The translations under genes and the position numbers were made by a program. From positions 13,082,001 through 13,146,000 of the forward strand of contig OZ024753.1 in NCBI GenBank assembly GCA_964016885.1: 64,000 nt of DNA. The letters are read 5' to 3'. Every line of letters begins with the position of its first letter. Position 1 is the stretch's first letter. The notes below the pieces were generated by a model. The model did not search any database. It worked only from the letters and a program-made list of their open reading frames with translations, and was not told the DNA's origin. Shown piece by piece: positions 1-15,951 of this stretch. Source of the stretch: Eledone cirrhosa (Eukaryota).

Positions 1-148
1 ACAAATAGCGCAGCTCCCTAATTCATAGTCTTCAAATGGCTGCGATAGCTGGCACCTTCAAAATTTGCAAAACATTCTTGCGATTTAAGGGATGACAAGG
101 TGGCCGGTCAAAAAAAAATATACTCGAAATTAAGAGAAAGAGATAACA
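1..148 (+). mobile_element. 3' end of an R4/Dong-like non-LTR retrotransposon, same family as 942-4745
   Basis: Near-identical to 4570-4745 apart from a short deletion in the 3' UTR; followed by (CATA)n. Confidence 0.85.
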
Positions 149-941
149 CTCATACATACATACCTATCCAATAATACATACATATATACCTACGTACATA
201 CATACATACCTATCCAATAATACATACATATGTACATACATATGTACATACATACATACATACATACATACATACATACATACATACATACATACATACA
301 TACATACATACATACATACATGGTGTCTGCCAACTCGTTTTCGAGTACGGCCACTACTTTATATCCATGTAGGAGAATCCCTACCGATGCGCTGAACGAG
401 TGTGATTTTTAGTCCAGCCAGCGACTTGAAAACTCTGGTACAAACACTACACATGTGACAATTATTGACACATAGTGCTGGGCCCATGGTACCATGTGAC
501 GACAAGTGCAGAGAGATCTCCAGATATAAAGCAATGCCTGTGCCGTGAAGCTTTTATAGTGAGAAAAGGCACTGCACAAAGCCAGTCCCACTCTCTTAAC
601 CAAGATGATATTTACCAAAAAGAAGAATAAGTCAACATCATATGTATGTATTTATACATACATAAATATAAATATACATACATACATATATATAAATATA
701 CATACATACATATATATAAATATACATATATATGAATATACATACATACATATATATAAATATACATACATACATATATATAAATATACATACATATATA
801 TAAATATACATACATACATATATATAAATATACATACATACATATATATAAATATACATATATATAAATATACATACATACATGCATACATATAAATATA
901 CATACATACATGCATACATATAAATATACATACATACATAT

Positions 942-3900
942 ACTAAGTAACGGTTCTTTTTGTTCTCGATTCAAACGATTCAAGAACAACGTTTAAAACA
1001 CAGTTGTAGAATTAAAAACTAACTGAAAAGAAATATTACCCAAGCTGTGAATAACTTTAAATTTGATTCTGACAGAACTTTGTCGTAACTTTTAAAGAAG
1101 ATCATCGACTATTTAAAAAAAATAAATACAAAATATTTGTGAATAGACGAACTCATCATGGCAAAAAGTACAAGTCTCCTTCGACCAAATCGCAATTACA
1201 ACCGTTGTATACAGTGGAGCTACGAGCTTAACAAAGAATTATATGAAGCATACAAACAATCTGAACCCCAAAAGTTCGGTTTTATGCAAAGGCTAAAAAC
1301 TTTATGGAACTCCAAACACCCAGAATTAGACTTTTCTCCAAAGCATCTAAATGAACAGGCAAAACGTATCATTAGATGTAAATTGATACATCTAACGGAA
1401 TCGAGTGATACTACAAATACAGCCCTTGTAGACAACCACCCCACCTCCACTGACAGACAAAGAGAATGGCCAGCTAAATCTAACAGTGAACAGCTCACCG
1501 ACAATTTTGCTGAAATCCATCCCACTTCCACTGAAGAACAGCGAGAAAGGTCAGCTGACTCTAGTAGTAATTGTCACCACATCAACAACGAGGCTGCAAT
1601 TCATGACTCTACTGAACAAACAGAGCACCAAAAACTTGTGGGCACCCTACAAGTGATATGGAACGATATGTTTCAAGAGATACACAGCCTTAATGTGAGT
1701 GACAGACCATACAACACTAGAGTCAGTAAAGAACCCACTAAATTGGAATTGGAAGCGGTGAACGAAATAGCTGGCAATTATCTGAAGGCTATACGATCTA
1801 AAGGTGTAGAAACGACATTTGAAACGCTCAATGTTTTGTTATGTTTCAGCTGTCACATTGCTATCATATAACACACATCTAAAACCACGCAATCAAGATA
1901 CAAACAGAAAGCCTGAACCAGCGTGGATACGAAATTTAAAAACCAAAATTTTGTCCCTGAGACGAAGTATCTCACACATCGCAGTCGTTATGAAATGCAA
2001 CATAGAGAGAAACTTCACACGACACCAGGAAGACCTAAAGAAAAAGTTAGAGAGACGATTTGGAGATACCAAATTTAAAACTTTGAACTCCAAATTACAC
2101 CAGTTGAAACAACAACTCACAGCTACAACAGAAAGACTAAAATATAAGTCAACAGCCCATAAACGACAAGTGCTAAATATTTTGTTTGCCAGAGATCCTA
2201 AATCAGTTTATCGCAGCTTCGGTGGCAAAAGCTCAATCCCTGTAAACGACACCCCTTCAAAAGAACAGGTTGAGAACTACTGGAGATCTGTATGGGAAAC
2301 GGATGACGGATTCAACAGACAAGCTAATTGGTTAAAACAACTGGAACAGGACTACTGCCAACATGTCCAGACAAAACAATATGACATAGATGGGTCAATA
2401 CTGGAAACAGCTCTACAGAAAATGTCGAATAGGAAATCGCCAGGCCCAGACCTCATTACAGGATACTGGTTGAAGAATTTCACTTTCTATCGGCAAGATC
2501 TCATACGGCTGTTTACAGAAACCATTAAGGGCACACAAGAACTGCCCAGATGGTTATCAACTGCCACTACTCTCCTCATTCCCAAAAATAGCCAAACCAC
2601 CCTTGCTAAAAATTACCGCCCAATTGCCTGCCAAAACATCATGTATAAATTATATACTGGGTGCCTTAACCTGTTCTTACAGGATCACTGTGCTACCAAC
2701 AACATCATAACACCTGAGCAAGCTGGTTGAAAGAGGGAGGTGTGGGGTTGCATAGATCACCTACTAACTAACAAAATGATTCAGGAAAAAACAACAAAGA
2801 ATCGCAGAAACATGACTGTCGTGTGGCTGGACTATTAAAAAGCATTTGATAGTGTACCTCATGGGTGGATTATTAAGGCTTTACAGTTAGCTAAAGTCCC
2901 ACAACCATTAGTAGCTGCTGTTGAACGCCTGACCAAGAACTGGTACACCAATTTGATCCTTAGAGGTGAGAAGGAGCAGGTTAAGACTGATAGGATACAT
3001 TACCAGAAGGGCATCTTTCAGGGTGATAGCTTGTCAGTACTACTCTTCGTTCTCTCACTGAATCCACTATCTTACCTACTCAGGAAACAAGGTGGACAAA
3101 GAAGTGGGACCAGAAGTATCTCCCATCTTTTCTTTGTTGATGACCTGAAGTTGTATGGGCCAAATATCAATGACATCAAGAAACAATTGGACCTCATTAC
3201 ACAATTTTCAACCGACATCAAAATGAAATTTGGTGAGTCCAAGTGTGCATATTTGGCAGTAAAACGTGGAAGAGCTGTGCCCTCCTCTAGAAATCTAGAT
3301 ATGAACGGCCTGACAATACAACCTCTGCAGTCAGGTGACAACAACAGATATCTTGGACAGGATGAGAATGTCAGATATGATGGACCCATAAATAAGGAGA
3401 GAACCAGAACTGAATACCTCAGAAGAGTAAAAAAAATATGGTCATCAGAACTGTCAGCATACAACAAATACATTGCCCACAATACCTATGTTGTGCCAAT
3501 TCTAACGCCAACATTTGGCCTACTGAACTGGTCATTGCAAGAACTAAGTGAGATGGATGTTAGAACTCGAAAACTTCTCAGTGTTACTGGGAACTTTAAC
3601 ATCAATGGTGATGTGGATAGGCTATACTTCTCACGCAAGGAAGGTGGCCGGGGTCTAAAATCAATATTAACAACATATGAGACCCGGATAGTAACACTGA
3701 AGCAACACCTTCAACAGAGGAAAAAGGTTGGCGACCATCTTGCTCAGGTTTATGAGCATGAAAAAAGAAATATCATTAGAATAGCGACTGATCTGGAGGA
3801 GAGATATGGAATAAAGCCTGATATAAATCTCTCACCCAGAGAAATCGGAAGATCCTATTCAATGTTCAAACAAGAAAAAAAAATTGACCAATTTACAGAG

Positions 3901-4745
3901 AAAGTTGTGCATGGATACTTGAGGCGTAAAACACAGACCATAGAGGGGATAAACCACTCAAAAAGCCTGGCATGGAGTTCCGACAAGTTTATGACATCAC
4001 ACCTTGAGGGATATCTCTATGCAATACAGGAACAAGAACTCCCTACCAAATATCTGCTGCACAAAAGAGGAGGGCCAGCAGCTGACAATAAATGTAGGCT
4101 ATGTAAAACAAAGATCGAGGATGTAAGCCACATTGTTGCCAGCTGCGAAAGAATGTCATCTCGCTACTACCTCCCCATGAGACACGATGGGATAGCTAGA
4201 ACTATCTGGAACGCACTTCGGAAAACAAAATTAACAACAAACGAGGAAGAATATATTGAGACAGATGGCACTAAGGAATACTGGTGGAACCTGAAAATAA
4301 AAACTGCCACCAAATTAAAGCACAACCGGCCTGATATTGTAGTTTGGGACCACACATTGAAAACGTGTTCTGTTGTGGAGATCAGCTGCCCACTTGATGT
4401 AAACGTTGTCAGAAAAATACAGGAGAAGGAGGACATCTACGGACCATTGATGAGGAGCTTACAAATCCAGTATCCATATACACCTTTAGCTTCATACCCA
4501 TCATTATTGGTGCTACGGGTTATATACCAACCCGCTTGGACCAAAGTATGACCGAACTTGGATTTGCGGACAAAAAGCGCAGCTCCCTAATTCATAGTCT
4601 ACAAATGGCTGCGATAGCTGGCACCTTCAAAATATGCAAAACATTCTTGCGATTCAAGGGATGACAATTTCTTTTCTTTTACAACCTTGCCTCCAGGAAG
4701 GTGGCCGGTCAAAAAGAATATACTCGAAATTAAGAGAAAGAGAAT
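942..4745 (+). mobile_element. Near full-length, degraded R4/Dong-like non-LTR retrotransposon (RT + restriction-like endonuclease)
   Basis: ORF pieces 1158-1871, 1819-2730 and 2953-4551 give KSPGPD, NYRPIAC, GIFQGDSLS, FFVDDLKL, DRLYFSRKEGGRGL, CRLC..H..C, RHD and RPDIVVWD..E. In-frame stops at 2728 and 2836, frameshifts near 1840 and 4480. (TACA)n-type repeats on both sides. Confidence 0.9.
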
Positions 4746-4923
4746 ACATATACATACATACATACATATATATATATACATACATATACATATATACATA
4801 CATACATATACATACATATACATACACACACATACATACATATATATACATACACATGGTGGCTGGGAACTCGTTTTCGAGTATGGCCACTATTTTATAT
4901 CCATATATATATATATATATTAG

Positions 4924-4954
<31 letters not shown>

Positions 4955-4956
4955 TA

Positions 4957-4990
<34 letters not shown>

Positions 4991-4995
4991 TAGTA

Positions 4996-5026
<31 letters not shown>

Positions 5027-5194
5027 TAGTATATAGGTATATATATATATAAACATAGTATATTAGGGAGAGGATCAGGGGTGTATAACACTCCACTTAT
5101 CCAACAGGCAGTATAAGGTTAGCTCGATGTCTGAGGACAGAGCCGTGATATAATCAACAACAAAGAACGCCTATAGCATATGCATATCTTTACT

Positions 5195-5240
5195 TGCTAA
5201 CATTGTTTCATCCGCACTATAAGTGGGACTCATCAGAGCA
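5195..5240 (-). ncRNA. Minimal type I hammerhead ribozyme motif
   Basis: Reverse complement of 6900-6945. Confidence 0.8.
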
Positions 5241-6899
5241 TAAAGGTTGATTACATATCACACAAGCAATAACAAATCCAAGACATTGAAGAAATAAAGA
5301 ATAAAAATAAAAAATAACAAAAAAATATTGAGGAAGTAAAAATAAAAATAAACATTGAAAAATAAACATTGAAAAATAATTGAAAAATAAGGGGTGCTAT
5401 CAGTCACAGTTGGGCGGGGTGCTGTCAACATATAGTTACATACAAGCATACACATGGATAAGAGAACAGACAAGAATAGATAAGATAGATAGGAGTAGGT
5501 AAGAATAGATAAAAAATAGGTGAAAAATAGGTAAAAAATAGACATATAATATATATAAGAAAATATAAAAAACATACATATAAAATATACAGATAATAGT
5601 GATACAGGGTAAGGAATGAAATAAAATAAAATAAAATTAAATTAAAATTAAAATTATATAAAATAAAATATAATATAATATAATAATAAAATAAGATAAA
5701 ATAAAATAAAATAAAATAATATAAAATAAAATAAAATAAAATAAAATAAAATAAAATAATATAATATAAGATATAATTAAATAAAATTAAATAAATAAAA
5801 TTAAATAAAATGAAATGAATTAAAATAAAATAAAATAAAGTAAATTGAGATAAGATATATATTTTTTTAGAATATATTTCTTGAATATATCAGGGGCCCA
5901 CGAAGGCCCTAAGTGTCACAGTTATCAGTATCACTTGACCATTGCAATGCAATGGAGACGTCCCAGGTTGGGCAGTCTCAAAAGTTCACTCGAAAGTCAC
6001 GGGTGTGCATTCACACAGTTGAGCGGTGGGGTAATCACAAACCTGTTCACACCCGGGCAGGAGTCCAATGGTCAACAGAGGTACATCGAAGGAAGGTAGG
6101 AGAATTCACGTGCAGCAGCAAGAGGCAGACAAGTGGGCCGAAAGCAAACAGGTGCAGGCGGGCTAGCCGAAAGCAAGCAAGTACAGTGGGTCAGGCGGGT
6201 TAATATGCATACTCAACAGCGCATACAAAAGATATATAAAAAATAGCTTCAAGAGCCAATATCATGAAGTCACCGCATTGGGACATCTCAAGATTATACA
6301 CACCAATATGTTCTGCACGTATATGCACATATACACACCACATGCATATGCAGAGACGGTATACATATATATATATTTTTATATACAGACATATACAACC
6401 ACCTACACCCATACACATATAAATGTATACACAGACACACACGCACACAGCGTAGGACACCCGGGTCAAAGCTGATATTAAACACAGAAATACCACATCA
6501 GGCAAGACCCACCCTGTATCACTATTATCTGTATATTTTATATGTATGTTTTTATATTTTCTTATATATTATATATCTATTTTTTACCTATTTTTCACCT
6601 ATTTTTTATCTATTCTTACCTACTCCTATCTATCTTATCTATTCTTGTCTGTTCTCTTATCCATGTGTATGCTTGTATGTAACTATATGTTGACAGCACC
6701 CCGCCCAACTGTGACTGATAGCACCCCTTATTTTTCAATTATTTTTCAATGTTTATTTTTCAATGTTTATTTTTCAATGTTTATTTTTATTTTTACTTCC
6801 TCAATATTTTTTTGTTATTTTTTATTTTTTTATTTTTATTCTTTATTTCTTCAATGTCTTGGATTTGTTATTGCTTGTGTGATATGTAATCAACCTTTA

Positions 6900-6945
6900 T
6901 GCTCTGATGAGTCCCACTTATAGTGCGGATGAAACAATGTTAGCA
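6900..6945 (+). ncRNA. Minimal type I hammerhead ribozyme motif
   Basis: TGCT-CTGATGA-GTCCCAC ttata GTGCGGAT-GAAAC AAT GT T-AGCA: intact core with stems I, II and III. Confidence 0.8.
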
Positions 6946-7011
6946 AGTAAAGATATGCATATGCTATAGGCGTTCTTTGTTGTTGATTATATATATACAT
7001 ATATATATATT

Positions 7012-7051
<40 letters not shown>

Positions 7052-7154
7052 TATATATATATATATATTTATATATACATATATATATATATATACATAT
7101 ATAGAAATATACATATATATATATATACATATATATACATATATATATATATAC

Positions 7155-7325
<171 letters not shown>

Positions 7326-7386
7326 CATATATATATACATATATATATATTAGTATATTCACTTATATATACATATATATATATTA

Positions 7387-7524
<138 letters not shown>

Positions 7525-7548
7525 TAGTATATATATATATATATTTTA

Positions 7549-7595
<47 letters not shown>

Positions 7596-7596
7596 A

Positions 7597-7630
<34 letters not shown>

Positions 7631-7739
7631 CGTTTCTGAATTTGTTTAGCAAGATTCTTTATCTGAAATCGTGTGTTGAAACCGATATTGTTATACTTTG
7701 GGAGGGTCATGTTGCCAATAAGAAACACACGCACCAGTT

Positions 7740-8560
7740 GCTTTCACTTCAATTTATTATATATTTATAAAGTTATAAATTTACAAATCTACAAACCTAT
7801 AAATTTCTGGTTGGTTGGTTGGTTCCACAACCAGATAGTTGTTTATATATAGTCATAGTCCTTTCGTCACACACTCAGTGACCTCTTCAGTGACTGGGGA
7901 TTCCTTCCTTTGTTTCTGTGCCTTTCCTTTCTTCTGTCCTACGCCATTTTGTTTCTGTGTGTGTGTTGTGTGCTCAGTTTGCGCATGCGCCACATCCAGG
8001 TGTCTGTGTGTGTTTGTGTTCATTTATCTATTTGTTTATTTATTTATTTATTTACATGTTGTTGGTTGGTTGTTTGTTCTATGTGTGTGTGTGTTTTCAT
8101 TTTGTCCTTAATTGTAAGTTGTGATGTTGCTGTTCCACTCATATTTTCTATTTAATTTTGGTTGTAATTCTTTTATGCTTACTGCCTCTGTAATTTGCCT
8201 AAACATTGCATCTTTTCTGTGTGTGGATTCTATTTTTATTTCTATGTTCTCTAATTTAGCCTTGTGCTCTATCTTAGCATGTTGGTAGAGCACAGATGAT
8301 TCTTTATTATCTTGAAGGTCTCGCCAGTGTTCATTTATTCGTTCCCCTATAATACGAGCTGTCTCACCTATGTACACTATATTTTTGTTTCTACATTGTC
8401 CTTCAGTACATCTCATGCTATACACTACATTTCTAGTTTTACAGTTAATATGGGGGCTTATTTTACAGGTTATACATTTCTTGTCTATACCTGAGGGTCT
8501 TTGGAACGGGTATGTCTTGCTAATAAGTGTTTTTACGGAGGTACCTGGTCTAGATACAAT
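7740..8560 (-). mobile_element. 5'-truncated Penelope-like element (GIY-YIG endonuclease and 3' region), distinct from the Naiad-type copies
   Basis: ORF 8108-8425: VYSMRC..C...YIGETARIIGERINEH...EAVSIKELQPKLNRK; hammerhead in its 3' region; boundaries approximate. Confidence 0.8.
7851..7895 (-). ncRNA. Minimal type I hammerhead ribozyme downstream of a Penelope GIY-YIG fragment
   Basis: Minus strand AGTCA-CTGAAGA-GGTCAC tgagtgt GTGAC-GAAAG GA CT A-TGACT. Confidence 0.8.
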
Positions 8561-8854
8561 ATAGACACAAACACATATATATAGTTTACATAATTTACAT
8601 AAATCTTTCGTTGCACATCTGCAACATCGTCAGTGGTGTTATATTTTTTCCTCCTGTTGTGTTGTATGTCTACGCCATTTTTTATTCAGTCTGTATATTA
8701 GTAAGTTAGATCGCAGATATAAAAGACAGCGTGAAGCGAAAACCAGCCAAACAGTGAGTGTGTTCTGTTATTAATTCTGGCAATATTACGCAAATATGAC
8801 CCTCCCCAAGTATAACAGTATATATATATATATATAGTATATATATATATATTA

Positions 8855-8890
<36 letters not shown>

Positions 8891-8905
8891 TATATATATA
8901 TATTA

Positions 8906-8945
<40 letters not shown>

Positions 8946-9182
8946 TATATATATATGTATATTAGTATATATATATATATATATTAGTATATATATATAT
9001 ATATATATTAGTATATATATATATATATATTAGTATATATATATATATGTTAGAGTATATATATATATATATTAGTATATATATATATATATATATTAGT
9101 ATATATATATATATATATTAGTATATATATATATATATATATTAGTATATATATATATATATATATATTAGTATATATATAT

Positions 9183-9993
9183 AAAATATTAAAAAAATAA
9201 TGAATAAAACAATGAAACAGTTCCTTATATTAAACAAAAAAAGTTCATTATTTAACGATCGTTTCTAGGATATATATGTGTTAGAATTGGCATGCATATT
9301 CAACAGATCTATGTACAAAATTATACAAAATTATACAAACTATCAAAATTAAATATACATACCAAACACATATATATGCCGTCTTCAGAAATAATGAAAT
9401 ATATTTATTGATAATAACAACAATTCAAAATTTCAGGTCTGTTTGGGAACAGAATTCAAATTGACCAATGAAAATACAAAAAGTTTATGCAGTTAGGTGT
9501 GTGTATATACATGTAATTAACTTCGTTCACAGATATGCATAAAGATATGTGTTCACATGCATACGCATGCCAAAAAGATGTATGTAAATACAAAAATTCA
9601 AGGCTAATGTCTCTGTAAGTTTATAATCTACAGATAAAATGCGTATAGATACATAATTATAAAATAAATATATACACACATTCATATACTCACACATATT
9701 CGTACACTCACACACACACGCGCGTATACGCATAAACATACACATAACTACGAACATACATACACACATACACCCCCACACACATATATATGTGTATATA
9801 CTATTATCATAAGCATATGGACATTAATGCACGCACATAAACACTGCCACACATATCTAGATCCAGATACAGAAATTAGGTGGGGGGGGGGGAGAGGTCA
9901 GTATTCAACGGTGTCAGCAGACTGCCTATTTATAAATGTATCTATAAACTTAGAAATAAAAAGAAAAGAAAAAGAAAAAAGAAATATATCAAG

Positions 9994-10034
<41 letters not shown>

Positions 10035-10439
10035 ACACACACACACACACATATACACATACATATATACATATATATATACACACATATACACACATAT
10101 ATACATATACACACATATATATATACATATACATACACACACATATATATATACAAACAAGTAAAATATAAAATATACATCGATATACATACATATACAC
10201 ATATATATATATACACACACATACACACACATACATATACATACATATACATACACATATATACAAACACATACATACACATACATATACATACACATAC
10301 CATATAAATACACATACACATACACACACGCATACATATAGAGACACATATATATACACATAAATACATAGACATATACACACATACACACACATATATA
10401 TATATATTTTTTTTTTTTACACATATATACACATACACG

Positions 10440-10473
<34 letters not shown>

Positions 10474-10539
10474 CATTCACAACACACGTATATATATACA
10501 CACACATATATATATATATATACATATATACATATACAC

Positions 10540-10578
<39 letters not shown>

Positions 10579-10689
10579 CACATCTACACACATATATATA
10601 TATAAACACACTCATATATATACACACAAACACATACATACCCACATATAAATATATATATATATATATATATACATACACACACGCAT

Positions 10690-10766
<77 letters not shown>

Positions 10767-10864
10767 CATATACACACACATACACATATACACACACACA
10801 CATACACACACATACACATACACATATATAAAGATATATATACACACACACAGACACATAATAA

Positions 10865-10899
<35 letters not shown>

Positions 10900-10900
10900 C

Positions 10901-10933
<33 letters not shown>

Positions 10934-11480
10934 CATATATACACATACATATATACACACATACATACATACACACACACATACATACACACACATACAT
11001 ACTCATACATAGACATAGATATATATTCACACACACATACACACTTACATATACGCATATATACAAATACATACACATCCATATATGCGTATATACATAC
11101 AAACACCACTACTCGCTCACACAACTCAGACATACAAAGAAAAAGGTATATACATACATATATATACATATATAAATAGAGATACATATACATATATAAA
11201 TATATACACACGTACACACATAAAAACACACATACATACACATACATACACACATACATATATATATACACACACACAAACACACACATATACATATATA
11301 TATATATATATATACATATATTTATATATATATATATATATATACATATACACATATATATATATATATATACACACACATATACATACATACATACATA
11401 CACATACACATACATATATATAAAAAAATAAAGAAATAAGATAAATAAAAAAATAAATAAATTAATACACACAGTCAGAC
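9183..11480 (-). repeat. Diverged extra copy of the hammerhead-bearing distal segment of the Penelope 3' region
   Basis: 9183-9990 is clearly homologous to 11871-12725; the right boundary is approximate. Confidence 0.75.
9244..9398 (-). ncRNA. Type I hammerhead motif with long stem II
   Basis: Paralog of 22262-22415. Confidence 0.7.
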
Positions 11481-11609
11481 AAAAATGCACGCACATACAT
11501 ATACATATATATATATACACACACACATATACAACCACATATATACATATACATACATATACATACACATACATATGCATATAAATACATATACACACAT
11601 CAACTACAA

Positions 11610-11672
<63 letters not shown>

Positions 11673-11695
11673 TATATATATATATTATAATAATA

Positions 11696-11738
<43 letters not shown>

Positions 11739-11931
11739 GATAAATCTACCAAGAGTTTACGGTAGTGTCCAATCCGTATGAAGAACTCAATGTATTCCGG
11801 ATATCATGGAAAGAAGAGATGTAATGAAAAATCACTTTCGGTGAAAGATAAACGGTATACAGAGTCAAGATAAAATATTAAACAAATAATGAATAAACAA
11901 TGAGACAGTTCCTTATATTAAACAAAAAAAG

Positions 11932-12085
11932 TTCATTATTTAACGATCGTTTCTAGGATATATATGTGTTAGAATTGGCATGCATATTCAACAGATCTAT
12001 GTACAAAATTATACAAAATTATACAAACTATCAAGATTAAATATACATACCAACACATATATACGCCGTCTTCAGAAATAATGAA
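11932..12085 (-). ncRNA. Type I hammerhead motif with long stem II
   Basis: Reverse complement of 22262-22415. Confidence 0.7.
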
Positions 12086-12719
12086 GTATATTTATTGATA
12101 ATAACAATTCAAAATTTCAGGTCCGTTTGGGAACAAAATTGACCAATGAAAATACAAAAGGTTTAATGCAGTTCGGTGTGTGTATATACATGTAAAACCC
12201 TTACACATATTTTACAAAAATGTATGCATAACTTGTATACGCATACTAAAAGGATGGATGCAAATACAAAATTTCAAGGTTAATGTCTCTGTAAGTTTAT
12301 AATGCACAGATAAGATGCGTATAGACACACAAATATGAAATAAGTGTATAGATATATTTTCATACTCACACATATCCGTACAATCACACATACACGCGCG
12401 TATATGCATAAATATACACATAACCACGAACATACAAACAAACACACACCCCCACTCACATATATATATATATGTGGATATAAAATCATAAGCACATGGA
12501 TATTAATTCACTCACATAAACACTGGCACACACATTTAGATCAAGATACAGAAATTAGGTGGGAGTGGGGGAGAGGTCAGTATTCAACGGTCTGGGCAGA
12601 CTGCTTAATATAGATGTATCTATAAACTAAGAAAATAAAAAATAATAAATAATAAATAAACATTAAAAAGGAAAGAATAGAAAAAGAAAAAAGAAAAAAG
12701 AAAAAAGAAGTATATCAAG

Positions 12720-12799
<80 letters not shown>

Positions 12800-12945
12800 C
12801 ACACACATACACACATACATATATATACACATATACAAACTCATACATACATATACACACATCCACACTAAGAACATACATACACACACATATATAAACA
12901 TATACATATACACACATACATACATATACACACATACATATAAAT

Positions 12946-13018
<73 letters not shown>

Positions 13019-13340
13019 CATACACACATACATACACATATAATCACACATACTATATAGACACACATATATATACACACATACACGCACATATACATAC
13101 ACTTACATACTTATATACATACAGATATACACATACATAGCTATATATACACACAAATACATACAGACATACATACATACATACAGACAAATACTTACGC
13201 ATCTATATATCGGTATATACATACAAACACCACTACACTATCACACAACTCAGACATACAAAGAAAAAGGTATATACCTATACACACATACATATACAAA
13301 TAGAAAAACATATAGATATATATACATATATATACACATA

Positions 13341-13376
<36 letters not shown>

Positions 13377-13589
13377 CATATACACATACACACACATACA
13401 CATACATACACATACATACATGTACACACACATAGAAATATATACGCATACACACATACACACATACATATAAAGTCATACACACACATACACCTACACG
13501 AACATACACATACACATATATAAAGATATATATACACACACACACACACACATACACACACACACATATATATAAAAAATAAATAATAA

Positions 13590-13646
<57 letters not shown>

Positions 13647-13973
13647 CATATACATACACACATACATAGACATATATGTACATACATACACATACATAGA
13701 TACATACACACACATACATACATATATATATACACACATAGACATATACATACATACACACACAACTTACATACACACATATATATTCATACATAGAATT
13801 AGATATATAATCATACATACATATGCACTTACATATACTCATATATACAAATACATACGCATCCATATATGCGTATATACATAGAAACACCACTACAACC
13901 TCACCCAACTCAGACATACAAATAAAAAGGCATATGCATATACATATATACACGCATTAATAGAGATATATAT

Positions 13974-14019
<46 letters not shown>

Positions 14020-14243
14020 ACTCATACATATATATACATACCCACACACACATACCACCATAAATACACATACAAACACCCACATATACATATATATACA
14101 CACATATATATATATATACACACACATAAAAAACAGACATGCACATATATATTTTTTTACACATATATATACACATATTATATACATATACACACCCTCA
14201 CATATACACACATACACATAAGTTATATTATAATAATAAATAA

Positions 14244-14298
<55 letters not shown>

Positions 14299-14550
14299 GA
14301 ATATAGACATATATACACACATAGACACCTATATATATATATATACACACATACATATACACAGACACATATACACACTCACATATATATGTGTGTGCAC
14401 ACACACATATATACACATACACACATATATACATAAACACATATATGTGTATACATGCACACACACACATATATCCACATAGATACGAAGATAGACATAT
14501 AAATAGAGAGACATACATATATATACACACACACATATACATACATACAT

Positions 14551-14623
<73 letters not shown>

Positions 14624-15951
14624 CACACATACACATACACACACATATACACATGCATATATACACATATACACATACATACACACACACATATATACAC
14701 ACACAATCTTACATTCATATTTGCATGCGCATATATGTATTTTTATATTCAGATATAAATACCCAAACATATATACACCTACCTACATATATATTCATAC
14801 ATACACGCTTACAAACACAGATGATAATAGTATGGGGGAAAGGGGGGGGGGTTGGAGAAGGGGATTATAGTAAATATATGTTTCAAGAAACATAGAATAT
14901 TATCCGTATCTGGATCCAATGTATGTTTTTACATAGTTTCAGTGTTAGGAAATACAATAAACAAGAAATAAGGCAAAATTTATGCATTTCAAAATAAATA
15001 AGTATACCATTAATTATATGTTAACTAAACCAAAGATAGTTAACATATTGATTTCTAAGGTGTAAATTAGTTAGGTTTATAATATTTGAAGCAGAATTTT
15101 GAAGTTAAATAGTAGTATAGTATTAATTATAGTATAACTAAATTAAAGTTAATAACGTTATGGTATCAATATTAGGAAATGAATTTAGTAATAGGGAAAA
15201 AACAAATAAAGTATTACATCGGTAGTAGAATATAAATTATAGGTTAACTAAATTAAAAATTATATATTTATTTCTATAGTATATGTTAATTAGGTATATA
15301 ATAAATAAAACAGATATTGTATTTTATCAATAGCAGAATATAATTATATGCAAATAGAAATCAAAATTAATACATATACATATACATATACATACACATA
15401 CATATATACATATATATACACATATATATATATACATATATACACATATACACACACACACACATACACATACACATATACATATACATATTTTTTTCAA
15501 AAAATTGCATAGAATATATTAACTAGGTATATATCCAAAACACATCCCATTCTATGATTACATGACATTCTGCAATTCGTCTGTATAAGGATACTAATTT
15601 TAAGCAAATTAAATTAAATTTTTAGGTTGATTAAAATTAAAACCAAATTATAAATATATTTCTAAAATGTATATTAATTAGGTCTATAATACTAAAAATT
15701 ATTTCTCTGTCATTGGATACACGATATTATTTTGTTATATTTTATCTGTAAAAGAATTATAATAAAAGGTTTAAATAAATTAAAATTAATCTATAAATTA
15801 AATTACTAAGTATATATTAGTAATATTTAAAGGTTTTTCACAATTTATGATTACATAATATTTTATATTCTCATCTGTAATAAAATTTTAATTAAATTAA
15901 ATTTATAGGTTAACCAACATTTAAATTAAATTAATTTCTAAAATAATGTTA

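Larger units (their letters stand above)
5148..6992. repeat. Inverted repeat (arms 5148-5610 and 6511-6992, 900 bp spacer), each arm carrying a hammerhead motif; probable Penelope pseudo-LTR derivative
   Basis: Arms are near-perfect reverse complements; ORFs 5258-5575(-) and 6546-6923(+) translate almost identically. Confidence 0.9.

Noticed and set aside
370-620. Possible degraded RLE fragment (HVTIID, KCREISRYK)
   Set aside because: Too short and interrupted to support a call
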